Assembly (NCBI GenBank): GCA_903862375.1
Contig: CAIOXR010000078.1
Span: forward strand, 1-35,440
Length of the DNA: 35,440 nt
Origin: an uncultured bacterium
GTDB lineage: Bacteria; Patescibacteriota; Minisyncoccia; Phycocordibacterales; UBA9973
Direction of reading: 5' to 3'
The notes beneath the pieces were generated by a model. The model worked only from the letters and a program-made list of their open reading frames with translations. It did no database searches and was not told the DNA's origin. The translations under genes and the position numbers were made by a program. Each line of letters opens with the position of its first letter. The stretch's first letter is position 1. This document shows positions 15,721 through 23,851 of this stretch, piece after piece.

Positions 15721-17460
15721 ATGGAAAATAAAACTCCAAAATTCGATACAATTTTAGATAAAATGTTGGAATGTTTAGTACCTCATTATCGTGTTTGTAA
15801 ATGGAGTGGTTTACATCAATATTGTGAAGGTGAATTTAATATAACAAAAGAAGATATTGAATTTCTCAAAATACTTCGAGCTCCAGCTCCAAATTATTGT
15901 CCTACTTGTAGAAGGATGAATCGTCATGCTTTCGTAAATAATATCAATTTATATAAGAGAGTAAATAGTGCTCCAGGGAAGAATAATAATACAATATCTT
16001 TTGTCCCCCCAGTTTCTAAATTTATTGTTTACGATTTAGAAAGTTATAAAAATAATTTTGATCCATATCTTTACGGTACTTTTTATGATGAATCAAAAAG
16101 TTTTATTGATCAATTTTATGATTTAAGATTGAAAGTTCCACAACCTGCTATTATTCGAGATCCTTCAAATATAAATAGCGAATATTCTATAAATGGAAGA
16201 GATTTGAAGAATGGATACTATGTTAGCGGTGGGTGGAGGTCTGAAAATGTCTGGTACTCAAATTTAGTGACAGACTCTCGTAATGTTATGGATATTTACG
16301 CCTCACATTTTATAGAAAATTCATATGAATTAACTTCTTGTGAGAAATGTTATAACTGTCAGTATTCTTATTTTTCTGATAATTGTATTAATTCAATGTT
16401 TATGTATGATTGTAACAATTGCCAAGATTGTTTTGGGTGTGTAAATTTAAGAAATAAAAGTAATTGCATTTTTAATAATCAATATTCAAAAGAAGAATAT
16501 AAAGAGAGTATTCTTAAAATTAATTTAAATAGTAAAAAAGTATTATCTGACTTAAATGATAAATTTTGGAAATTTGTAAAAACACAACCAGTTCGAGCAG
16601 AAAGGCATGAAAGTGTGAATAATGTCTCAGGAGTAAATATTTCAAATTCAAGAAATTGCCATGATGTTATTGATTGTGTTAATACAGAACATGTACTACA
16701 TTGTGACCAAATAGTAGGGCATAGAGATTCTATGGATGCCTCAGTGACAGGCGGTTCAGAAAGATTATACAATACCATTGCAGTAGGCTCTAAATCATCA
16801 AATGTAAAATTTTCTTTTGCTTCGAAATTTATAACAGAATCAGAATTTGTAATTAATTGTAGGAATGTGAATAATTGTTTTGCTTGTATTGGATTAGAGA
16901 ATAAGAATTATTGTATTTTTAATAGACAATATGAAAAAGATGAATATTATAAAGAATTAGATAAAATTAAAACAAATTTATTAATAAATGGAGAATATGG
17001 AGATTTTTTACCTTTTAAGTTTAGCACATTTGCTTATAATGGTTCATTGGCAGATATATCATTTCCAATAGACAAAGAAGGTATTGAAAAAGTTAGTGCA
17101 ATATGGCAGCCAGAAACTGAAACAAACGCAATAGGAATGGAGATGATAGAACCAGAAAATATACCAGATACAATAGAAGAAGTTTCTGATGATATTTTAC
17201 AGAAGGCTCTTATCTGCGAAAAAACAAGAAGACCATTTAGAATAATTGAATCTGAACTTGAATTTTACAAAATTCATAATATTCCCTTACCAAGAGTTCA
17301 CCAAATAAAAAGAATTAAAGATAGATATAAATATGTAGGAAATCTTAAAGCTTATAGTAATAATTGTGAATTATGTAGTAAAAAAATTAATACTTTTTAT
17401 ATAAAAGAAGATGGATGGAAATTATATTGTGATGAATGTTACAAGAGAGAAGTTTTATAA
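15721..17460 (+). CDS. Cysteine-rich protein of unknown function. It is the more degenerate paralog (26 Cys) of the 17473-19143 product.
   Basis: It aligns end to end with the downstream gene. It contains two copies of the cap motif C-x2-C-[FI]-[GA]-C-[VI]-x-L-x-x-K-x-x-C-I-F-N-x-x-Y-x-K-[ED]-E-Y, and zinc-ribbon-like termini that have partly lost their CxxC pairs. Confidence 0.8.
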   Translation: MENKTPKFDTILDKMLECLVPHYRVCKWSGLHQYCEGEFNITKEDIEFLKILRAPAPNYCPTCRRMNRHAFVNNINLYKRVNSAPGKNNNTISFVPPVSKFIVYDLESYKNNFDPYLYGTFYDESKSFIDQFYDLRLKVPQPAIIRDPSNINSEYSINGRDLKNGYYVSGGWRSENVWYSNLVTDSRNVMDIYASHFIENSYELTSCEKCYNCQYSYFSDNCINSMFMYDCNNCQDCFGCVNLRNKSNCIFNNQYSKEEYKESILKINLNSKKVLSDLNDKFWKFVKTQPVRAERHESVNNVSGVNISNSRNCHDVIDCVNTEHVLHCDQIVGHRDSMDASVTGGSERLYNTIAVGSKSSNVKFSFASKFITESEFVINCRNVNNCFACIGLENKNYCIFNRQYEKDEYYKELDKIKTNLLINGEYGDFLPFKFSTFAYNGSLADISFPIDKEGIEKVSAIWQPETETNAIGMEMIEPENIPDTIEEVSDDILQKALICEKTRRPFRIIESELEFYKIHNIPLPRVHQIKRIKDRYKYVGNLKAYSNNCELCSKKINTFYIKEDGWKLYCDECYKREVL

Positions 17461-17472
17461 AATAAATAAATT

Positions 17473-19143
17473 ATGAATTCAGAAACAAAAAATTGTAAGA
17501 ATTGTAAAAAAGATTTCACAATAGAATCTGATGATTTTTCTTTTTATGAAAAGATTGGTGTTTGTGTTCCAAACATGTGTCCTTGTTGTAGAGCTCAGTC
17601 ACGATTAAGTTTTCGTAATGAAAGAACATTTTATAAAAGACCATGTGATAAATGTAAGAAAAGTGTTGTATCTATGTATTCACCCAATAAATCATTTACT
17701 GTTTATTGCTACGATTGCTGGTTTAATGACAATTGGGGAGGGGAGGATTTTGGATTAGATTATGATTATAAAATTCCTTTTTTTGAACAATTTGATAAAT
17801 TATGGAAAAAAGTGCCTAAAGTTTCACTTATTTATATGCGTAGTCCAGGAAGTGAATATACAAATATATCTGCCGATAACAAAGATTGCTACTATATTAT
17901 AGAATCATCAAACAATGAAAATTCAATACATTCATACTGGATTCAAGAGTGTAGAGATGTGATAGACACTTCTTTTGCATCCAAGTGTGAGCTTACATAT
18001 GAATCTGATGATTGTTACAATTCATACAAACTTTTATATAGTAAAGGTTGTCATGATTGTACTACGAGTTATTTTCTTGCTGATTGCAAAGGGTGCACAG
18101 ATTGTATTGGGTGTATTAATTTAAGAAATAAAAGTAATTATATTTTCAATGAATCATATTCAAAAAAAGATTATGAAGAGATTAAAAAAGACTTAAATCT
18201 TAATACTTATACTGGCATAAAAAATTTCAGAGAAAAATATGAAGAATTTTTAATAAAAAAACCTCGTAAATTTGCTGAAATAATACAAATTGTAAATTCA
18301 ACTGGTTCATATATGAAAAATGTTAAGAATTGCAAGTCGTGTTTCCATTGTTATGATGCAGAAGACAATAAGTATGGTGTTCATATTTGGAGAAATGCTA
18401 AAGACACTATGGATTGTGATACAGCAGGAAGGAATGTATCTTTAATATATAATTCGATAAATGCTGGAATTGATAATTCAAATCTGACCTGTGTTGCTTT
18501 GTGTTGGACTTGTTCATTTGTAGAGTATTCTATGTATTGTTTTAATTCCAATAATTGTTTTGGTTGTGTTGGATTAAGAAAAAAGAATTATTGTATTTTA
18601 AATAAACAATATGGAAAAGAAGAATATGAAAGAATCGTAAATAATATAAAGAATGAATTGAAAGAAAAAGGAGAGTATGGTAGTTTCTTTTCTAATAATT
18701 TATCATGTTTTGGATATAATGAGACTCCAGCCAATGAACAATTTCCACTTTCTAAAAAAGAAGCAATAGAGAGAAGTTTTAAATGGGAAGATACGGAAAG
18801 GGGAGTATATAATAAAGAAACGAAGAAGATAGAGGATATACCTGACAGAATAGAAGATATAGATTTTGAAGTTAGTAATGAGATATATGTCTGTGCGGAT
18901 TGTAATAAAAATTATAAGATTATAGTAGATGAATTCTCTTTTTATAAGAAGTTAGATATTCCTTTACCTCGCTTGTGTCCTGAATGTAGACATAATAGAA
19001 GGATGAAATCGCGTGGTCCGAACAAGCTTTGGCATAGGTCTTGTATGAAAGAAGGTTGTTCTAATGAATTTGAAACTTCGTATTCATCAGATCGACCAGA
19101 GATAGTTTACTGCGAACAATGTTATCAGAATGAAGTAGTATAA
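17473..19143 (+). CDS. Cysteine-rich protein of unknown function (40 Cys) with zinc-ribbon modules at both termini and an internally duplicated Cys-ladder core
   Basis: The N-terminal module is CKNCKKDFTIESDDFSFYEKIGVCVPNMCPCCR...RPCDKCKK...VYCYDCW. The C-terminal module is CADCNKNYKIIVDEFSFYKKLDIPLPRLCPECR...RSCMKEGC...VYCEQCY. The central repeats end in CKGCTDCIGCINLRNKSNYIFNESYSKKDY and CFNSNNCFGCVGLRKKNYCILNKQYGKEEY. Confidence 0.85.
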   Translation: MNSETKNCKNCKKDFTIESDDFSFYEKIGVCVPNMCPCCRAQSRLSFRNERTFYKRPCDKCKKSVVSMYSPNKSFTVYCYDCWFNDNWGGEDFGLDYDYKIPFFEQFDKLWKKVPKVSLIYMRSPGSEYTNISADNKDCYYIIESSNNENSIHSYWIQECRDVIDTSFASKCELTYESDDCYNSYKLLYSKGCHDCTTSYFLADCKGCTDCIGCINLRNKSNYIFNESYSKKDYEEIKKDLNLNTYTGIKNFREKYEEFLIKKPRKFAEIIQIVNSTGSYMKNVKNCKSCFHCYDAEDNKYGVHIWRNAKDTMDCDTAGRNVSLIYNSINAGIDNSNLTCVALCWTCSFVEYSMYCFNSNNCFGCVGLRKKNYCILNKQYGKEEYERIVNNIKNELKEKGEYGSFFSNNLSCFGYNETPANEQFPLSKKEAIERSFKWEDTERGVYNKETKKIEDIPDRIEDIDFEVSNEIYVCADCNKNYKIIVDEFSFYKKLDIPLPRLCPECRHNRRMKSRGPNKLWHRSCMKEGCSNEFETSYSSDRPEIVYCEQCYQNEVV

Positions 19144-19181
19144 TAAAAAATTATGAATATACTAGTCAATATAGTATTGAA

Positions 19182-19397
19182 TTGTTTAATAAATTAAAAG
19201 ATCATAAATTAACTATTTTCTCTGGAGATATTGATAAATGTGTATTTGGAGACCAACTAGCAACTATGGATTTTAAAACAAGAATATTCTTTACTTATAC
19301 TGATAAAATAAAAATAGAGAATAAAATTAATTTACCTAAATATAGTGGATATATAATAAGTAGTAATTATGAAGGAGATATAAAGATAGAAAAATAA
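19182..19397 (+). CDS. Doubtful small ORF (71 codons, TTG start)
   Basis: It is an open frame only. It has no recognisable motif and its first in-frame ATG is internal. It is the only sizeable ORF in the 19144-19405 spacer. Confidence 0.25.
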   Translation: MFNKLKDHKLTIFSGDIDKCVFGDQLATMDFKTRIFFTYTDKIKIENKINLPKYSGYIISSNYEGDIKIEK

Positions 19398-19405
19398 TAT
19401 CTTTC

Positions 19406-19433
19406 TTGCAAATTTTAATTTTAGTGTTATCAT
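19406..19433 (+). promoter_or_regulatory. Candidate sigma70-type promoter of the ileS leader
   Basis: TTGCAA (19406-19411), a 16-nt spacer and an extended -10 TGtTATCAT (19425-19433). It lies just upstream of the T-box leader. Confidence 0.45.
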
Positions 19434-19440
19434 CTAGGTA

Positions 19441-19653
19441 TACGAAGAAGGAGTCATCACTCCTGAGTATTGGGAAGAAATGTTTCGTAAATCCGCCTTC
19501 GCAGGAAGGCTACGGCGAGACAAAGTAGAACCCTTTAATGAGAAGTCCCGTGCAATTCAGCGGGTAAAAAATGAGGTGGTACCACGTGTTTCATCGGAAG
19601 CTCGTCCTTATATAGCAATTATTATAATTGTTGTATGTGGACGAGTTTTTTTT
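19441..19653 (+). promoter_or_regulatory. T-box riboswitch leader (putative Ile specifier) controlling ileS by transcription attenuation
   Basis: The T-box core is AAAAAUGAGGUGGUACCACG (19567-19586). An antiterminator can form from GAGG (19573-19576) paired to CCUU (19606-19609), a 7-nt bulge UGGUACC, and ACG/CGU. Its 3' strand is shared with the terminator 5' arm. A Stem-III-like hairpin is CCCG..CGGG (19547-19564). AUC-A sits at 19456-19459 in the apical loop of hairpin 19450-19463. Confidence 0.75.
19601..19653 (+). terminator. Intrinsic terminator of the T-box leader
   Basis: CTCGTCC (19601-19607) pairs with GGACGAG (19639-19645). The stem extends inward with A-U and G-U pairs and is followed by T8 (19646-19653). 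Confidence 0.8.
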
Positions 19654-19664
19654 GTTTATGTTAC

Positions 19665-19766
19665 ATAAAAATATTTTCGTTTCGCTAACGGATAAATTTC
19701 TACTGAAATTTTCCTCATTGCTCGGCTCGACAGCCTCCGCAGTGGCTCATCTGAAAATATTTTTAT
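19665..19766 (+). ncRNA. Unclassified structured element B, homologous to the 3' half of element A. It lies in the ileS 5' UTR downstream of the T-box terminator.
   Basis: A 14-bp closing helix is ATAAAAATATTTTC (19665-19678) / GAAAATATTTTTAT (19753-19766). The 74-nt GC-rich core contains hairpin GGAUAAAUUUC-UACU-GAAAUUUUCC and a GC hairpin. About 65 percent of positions align with 4244-4320. Confidence 0.45.
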
Positions 19767-19811
19767 TTTACCTTTATAAGTTTAATTATTATAAATATTT
19801 TAATAAAATAT

Positions 19812-22800
19812 ATGGAAGAAAAAAATCAAAAGTCAAATAGTGCATTAAGAGAAGAAGCTGTTTTAAAATTCTGGAAAGAGAATGATATTTTCGAAAAGAG
19901 TTTAAAGAAAGACGCACCAAAAGGTAAATATGTTTTTTATGATGGTCCTCCTTTTGCTACGGGTTTGCCTCATTATGGTCATATTCTTGGAAGTGCAGTA
20001 AAAGATGTTATCGGTAGGTATAAAACAATGAGTGGATATAATGTTCCTCGTCGTTGGGGTTGGGATTGTCATGGTTTACCTATTGAAAATATTGTTGAAA
20101 AAGATTTAGGTATTTCAGGAAAGAAAGCCATCGAAGCATTAGGGATAGATAAGTTTACAGAACACGCACGTAGTAAGGTTCTTACTTATGTCTCCGAATG
20201 GAAGAAGACTGTTGATCGTATGGGACGCTGGGTAGATTTTGATAACTCCTATAAGACTATGGATAATACTTTTATAGAAAGTGTCTGGTGGGCATTAGGT
20301 GAAATGAATAAAAAAGGTTTACTTTACGAAGGAGTAAGAGTATTAGCATATTGCCCTCGATGTGAGACACCAATAGCAAACTCAGAAATAGCTATGGATA
20401 ATAGTTATAAAGATATCACTGATATTTCTGTATATGTTAAATTTAAAATTTTAGATAAAAAATATAAAGATACTTATCTTCTGGCTTGGACTACGACCCC
20501 TTGGACACTTCCTGGTAATACTGCCATAGCTATAAATAAAGATTTAGTTTATATATTAGTGAAAAATATTACAGATAAAGGTGAAGAAGTGTATATAGTA
20601 TCAAAAGATTTATTTGAAAGTTTAAGAAGTAAATTTAATAATCCTGAAATTATTAAAGAAGTAAAAGGTGAAGATTTAATCGGTCTTTCTTATGAACCAA
20701 TTTTTTCTTATTATGAAAATGTTGAAATACCAAATAAAGAAAATATTTGGAAAGTTTGGCATGCTGATTTTGTGACAATGGAAAAAGGTACTGGTATTGC
20801 GCATGAGGCTCCTGCCTTTGGTGAAGATGACATGAATCTGGCAAAGATGAATAATATTCCTTTTATTCGTCATGTTGAACCAAATGGTGATTTCTCAAAA
20901 GAAGTTACTGATTTCCCAAATGTGAAAGCAAAACCCAAAGAAGATCATCAATCTACTGATATATTAATTATTAAATATTTGGCTGGTAGTGGACATCTTT
21001 TTGCCAAAGAAAAAATAATACACTCATATCCTCATTGTTACCGTTGTGAGACACCACTTTTGTATTATGCTCTTCCATCTTGGTTTATAAATATTCAAAA
21101 AGTAAAAAATGATTTAATTAAGAAGGGTGAAGATATGAATTGGATACCAGGACATTTAAAAGATGGGCGCTTTAAGCAAACTATGGAAAGTGCACCAGAT
21201 TGGACTATATCTCGTAATCGTTATTGGGCAAGTCCATTACCATTTTGGAAATCAAAAAGTGGCAAACTAATAGTTATAAGTTCACTAGAGGATCTAAAAT
21301 CAAAAATAAAGAAATCTGGAAATAAATATTTTGTAATGCGTCATGGAGAAGCAGAGTGTAATGTCAGTAAAGTTATTTTAGATGATGATCAAGCGAATAA
21401 TTGTAAACTTACAGAAAAAGGTAGGGAGCAAGTTAAAGATAGTTCTAAGAATTTTAAAGAAAAGATAGATATCATAATTGCTTCTCCTTTGGAAAGAACT
21501 AGAGAAACTACAAAAATTATTTGTGAAAATATTGGTTTTCCTTTAGATAAAGTTATATACAGTGACCTTGAAAAAGAATGGGATGTTAGCTCAAATTTTC
21601 AAGGTAAATCCAGAGAAGATTTTGAAGATTATTATTGTAGACAATATTTGAATCATCCATTTGAAGCATTACCAAATGGAGAGAGTTATTCTCAGCTTGT
21701 ATATCGTGTTGGTAAAATGATTTATGATATAGATAGTAAATATAATGGGAAAAATATTCTTTTAGTTGGGCATGCAGGTGAAACCAGTGCTCTTAATCAT
21801 GTGGTTCAAGGATTTTCTTTTGAGACATTAGCGAAAGATTTGCATTTTCCTTCATATTTAAAGAATGCTGAGATAAGAGAACTTGATTTTATTCCTTTAC
21901 CTCACAATCATAATTATGAACTTGATTTTCATCGTCCATATATTGACTCCATTATACTTGTAGATGATGAAGGGGAAGAATACAAAAGAATTTCTGAAGT
22001 TGTAGATTGTTGGTTTGAATCTGGGTCTATGCCTTTTGCTCAAAATCATTACCCATTTGAGTGTCCTAATTGGAAAGAAGAAAATTTTCCATCAGGTTTT
22101 GTTGCTGAGTATATAGCTCAAACTCGAACATGGTTTTACTATACACATACTATTTCTACTATTCTTTTTGGAGAAGCACCATTTGAGAATGTTGTGACGA
22201 CTGGAACTGTATTAGCAGAAGATGGGGCTAAGATGTCGAAATCTAAGAATAATTATCCTGATCCATGGTTATTATTTAATAAATATGGAGTTGATGCTCT
22301 TCGTTTTTATTTAGTATCTTCTACTCTTATGAAAGGAGAGGATGTTAATTTCTCTGAAAAGTTAGTACAAGAGGTCGCTAGTAAGATAATTAATCGTTTT
22401 GATAATGTAGTTTCTTTTTATGAATTATATAAAGGAGATTTTGATCCAGAAAGTGAACATGAAATATCAAAAAATGTTTTAGATATTTGGATCATATCAA
22501 GATTAAAACAATTTGTTTTAGAAGTAGAAGATGGTATGAAATCCTATGATTTAGCACAAGCGACAAAACCATTTGAATTGTTTATTGAAGATTTATCTAC
22601 ATGGTATTTGCGTAGATCTCGCGATAGATTAAAAGAAAATGATGCTGAATCTAAACAGACGCTATATTTTGTGTTAAAGGTAACAGTTCAGTTATTTGCT
22701 CCATTTATGCCATTTATTGCTGATGATATTTGGCAGAAAATCCGATTTGAATCGGATCCTGTAAGTGTTCATCTTACAGACTTTTTTGATGGAATTAAAA

Positions 22801-23291
22801 TAGATAGTATAGATACTAAAATAATAAATGAAATGCAAGAAGTTCGTGAGGTTGTTACTTTGGGTCTTCAAGCGAGACAAAAAGCAGGAATACCAGTAAG
22901 ACAGCCTTTGGGTGAGCTAGTAGTTACTAATTACAAGCTACCTAAAGAATACGAAGAGATAGTCAAAGATGAATTAAATATAAAAGAGATTAAGATATTA
23001 GATGGTGAAGAAAAGAAAGTAGAGATAGATACGGATATCACACCCGAGCTTCGTACAGAGGGTCAGTATAGAGAGCTTGTAAGAGCTATACAAGATATGA
23101 GGAAAAAAGCAGGACTTAACCCAAGTGATATTGTAAATATCATAATATCTACCTCTAAAGAAGGAGAAGGTCTAATAAATAAATTTAAGAATGAACTACT
23201 AAAAGCAGTAGGGTCAAATGAGATAAAAATAAAAGAGAATAATGGAACTGAGGTCAAGATTGATGATTTAATATTTGTCATAAGTATATAA
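19812..23291 (+). CDS. ileS: Isoleucine--tRNA ligase (type 2-like) carrying an inserted histidine-phosphatase domain
   Basis: It has HIGH as PHYGHILG, the CP1 editing motif TTTPWTLPGNTA, RNRYWASPLPFW, and KMSKS as AKMSKSKNN. At 1159 aa it includes an insert of about 195 aa, listed separately. Confidence 0.95.
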   Translation: MEEKNQKSNSALREEAVLKFWKENDIFEKSLKKDAPKGKYVFYDGPPFATGLPHYGHILGSAVKDVIGRYKTMSGYNVPRRWGWDCHGLPIENIVEKDLGISGKKAIEALGIDKFTEHARSKVLTYVSEWKKTVDRMGRWVDFDNSYKTMDNTFIESVWWALGEMNKKGLLYEGVRVLAYCPRCETPIANSEIAMDNSYKDITDISVYVKFKILDKKYKDTYLLAWTTTPWTLPGNTAIAINKDLVYILVKNITDKGEEVYIVSKDLFESLRSKFNNPEIIKEVKGEDLIGLSYEPIFSYYENVEIPNKENIWKVWHADFVTMEKGTGIAHEAPAFGEDDMNLAKMNNIPFIRHVEPNGDFSKEVTDFPNVKAKPKEDHQSTDILIIKYLAGSGHLFAKEKIIHSYPHCYRCETPLLYYALPSWFINIQKVKNDLIKKGEDMNWIPGHLKDGRFKQTMESAPDWTISRNRYWASPLPFWKSKSGKLIVISSLEDLKSKIKKSGNKYFVMRHGEAECNVSKVILDDDQANNCKLTEKGREQVKDSSKNFKEKIDIIIASPLERTRETTKIICENIGFPLDKVIYSDLEKEWDVSSNFQGKSREDFEDYYCRQYLNHPFEALPNGESYSQLVYRVGKMIYDIDSKYNGKNILLVGHAGETSALNHVVQGFSFETLAKDLHFPSYLKNAEIRELDFIPLPHNHNYELDFHRPYIDSIILVDDEGEEYKRISEVVDCWFESGSMPFAQNHYPFECPNWKEENFPSGFVAEYIAQTRTWFYYTHTISTILFGEAPFENVVTTGTVLAEDGAKMSKSKNNYPDPWLLFNKYGVDALRFYLVSSTLMKGEDVNFSEKLVQEVASKIINRFDNVVSFYELYKGDFDPESEHEISKNVLDIWIISRLKQFVLEVEDGMKSYDLAQATKPFELFIEDLSTWYLRRSRDRLKENDAESKQTLYFVLKVTVQLFAPFMPFIADDIWQKIRFESDPVSVHLTDFFDGIKIDSIDTKIINEMQEVREVVTLGLQARQKAGIPVRQPLGELVVTNYKLPKEYEEIVKDELNIKEIKILDGEEKKVEIDTDITPELRTEGQYRELVRAIQDMRKKAGLNPSDIVNIIISTSKEGEGLINKFKNELLKAVGSNEIKIKENNGTEVKIDDLIFVISI
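21324..21917 (+). other. Histidine phosphatase (phosphoglycerate-mutase-like) domain embedded in-frame within IleRS (about aa 505-702)
   Basis: KYFVMRHGEAECN carries the RHG catalytic motif. IIASPLERTRETT carries the second Arg region. ILLVGHAGETSAL carries the distal catalytic His. The domain is flanked by IleRS core segments: ...PFWKSKSGKLIVISSLEDLK on the left and ELDFHRPYID...VVDCWFESGSMP on the right. Confidence 0.8.
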
Positions 23292-23299
23292 AATATATT

Positions 23300-23842
23300 A
23301 TGGATACAATGTATCAAAAAGAATTAAATTCTTGGAAAAAGATTTGTATTTTAAATCCTCATAATCTTAGTGAAAAGGAAATAAGTGAACTACCTGTCTA
23401 TTTTGGGACTAGGACTGTCATACTAGTAGATGACGATAAGGTTGTATTAATTAAATCCACGAAATCAAATTATTATGTACTAGTTGGAGGAAGTATAGAA
23501 GAAGGGGAGACCATAGAGCAGGGCCTTATACGTGAGTGTAAAGAGGAATCTGGGTATGATATCTCTATTATTTCTCCTCTCGGTTACATAGAACTATGTA
23601 AGAAAAAATACAAAAGAATTATTTTTGGATTTTTAGTAAAAGCTGTAGGAGAGCCAACTGAGCTTTTGCTTACGGAGGAAGAAAAAGAATTAGGGCATAC
23701 AGTATACATCTGTCCTATGGATGAAGCGATAACTCTCTTAAAAAATGATGTAAAAAAAGGCGTTTTTGTTAAAGATAATTTGGCAGCCATCCGCTCTCTT
23801 ATGTTTTTAGAAGAAGCTGAAAAGTATTTAAAAAAGTGCTAA
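23300..23842 (+). CDS. Nudix hydrolase
   Basis: GGSIEEGETIEQGLIRECKEESGY is a canonical Nudix box. Confidence 0.8.
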   Translation: MDTMYQKELNSWKKICILNPHNLSEKEISELPVYFGTRTVILVDDDKVVLIKSTKSNYYVLVGGSIEEGETIEQGLIRECKEESGYDISIISPLGYIELCKKKYKRIIFGFLVKAVGEPTELLLTEEEKELGHTVYICPMDEAITLLKNDVKKGVFVKDNLAAIRSLMFLEEAEKYLKKC

Positions 23843-23851
23843 AATAGGGTT

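Noticed and set aside
19480-19840. Two tracked + strand ORFs (19480-19668 and 19628-19840) upstream of ileS
   Set aside because: They run through the T-box core, the terminator hairpin with its U-run, and element B. The second also runs into the ileS start. Their sequences are low-complexity, and the region is better explained as a regulatory leader.
1551-23317. Numerous 60-136-aa antisense or out-of-frame ORFs in the track (for example 1551-1748, 4514-4828, 7963-8373, 8774-9079, 9954-10241, 12716-13006, 16479-16778, 23063-23317)
   Set aside because: Each is fully nested in a well-supported gene on the opposite strand or in another frame. Their composition is low-complexity and they have no motifs, so they are typical shadow ORFs of AT-rich DNA.
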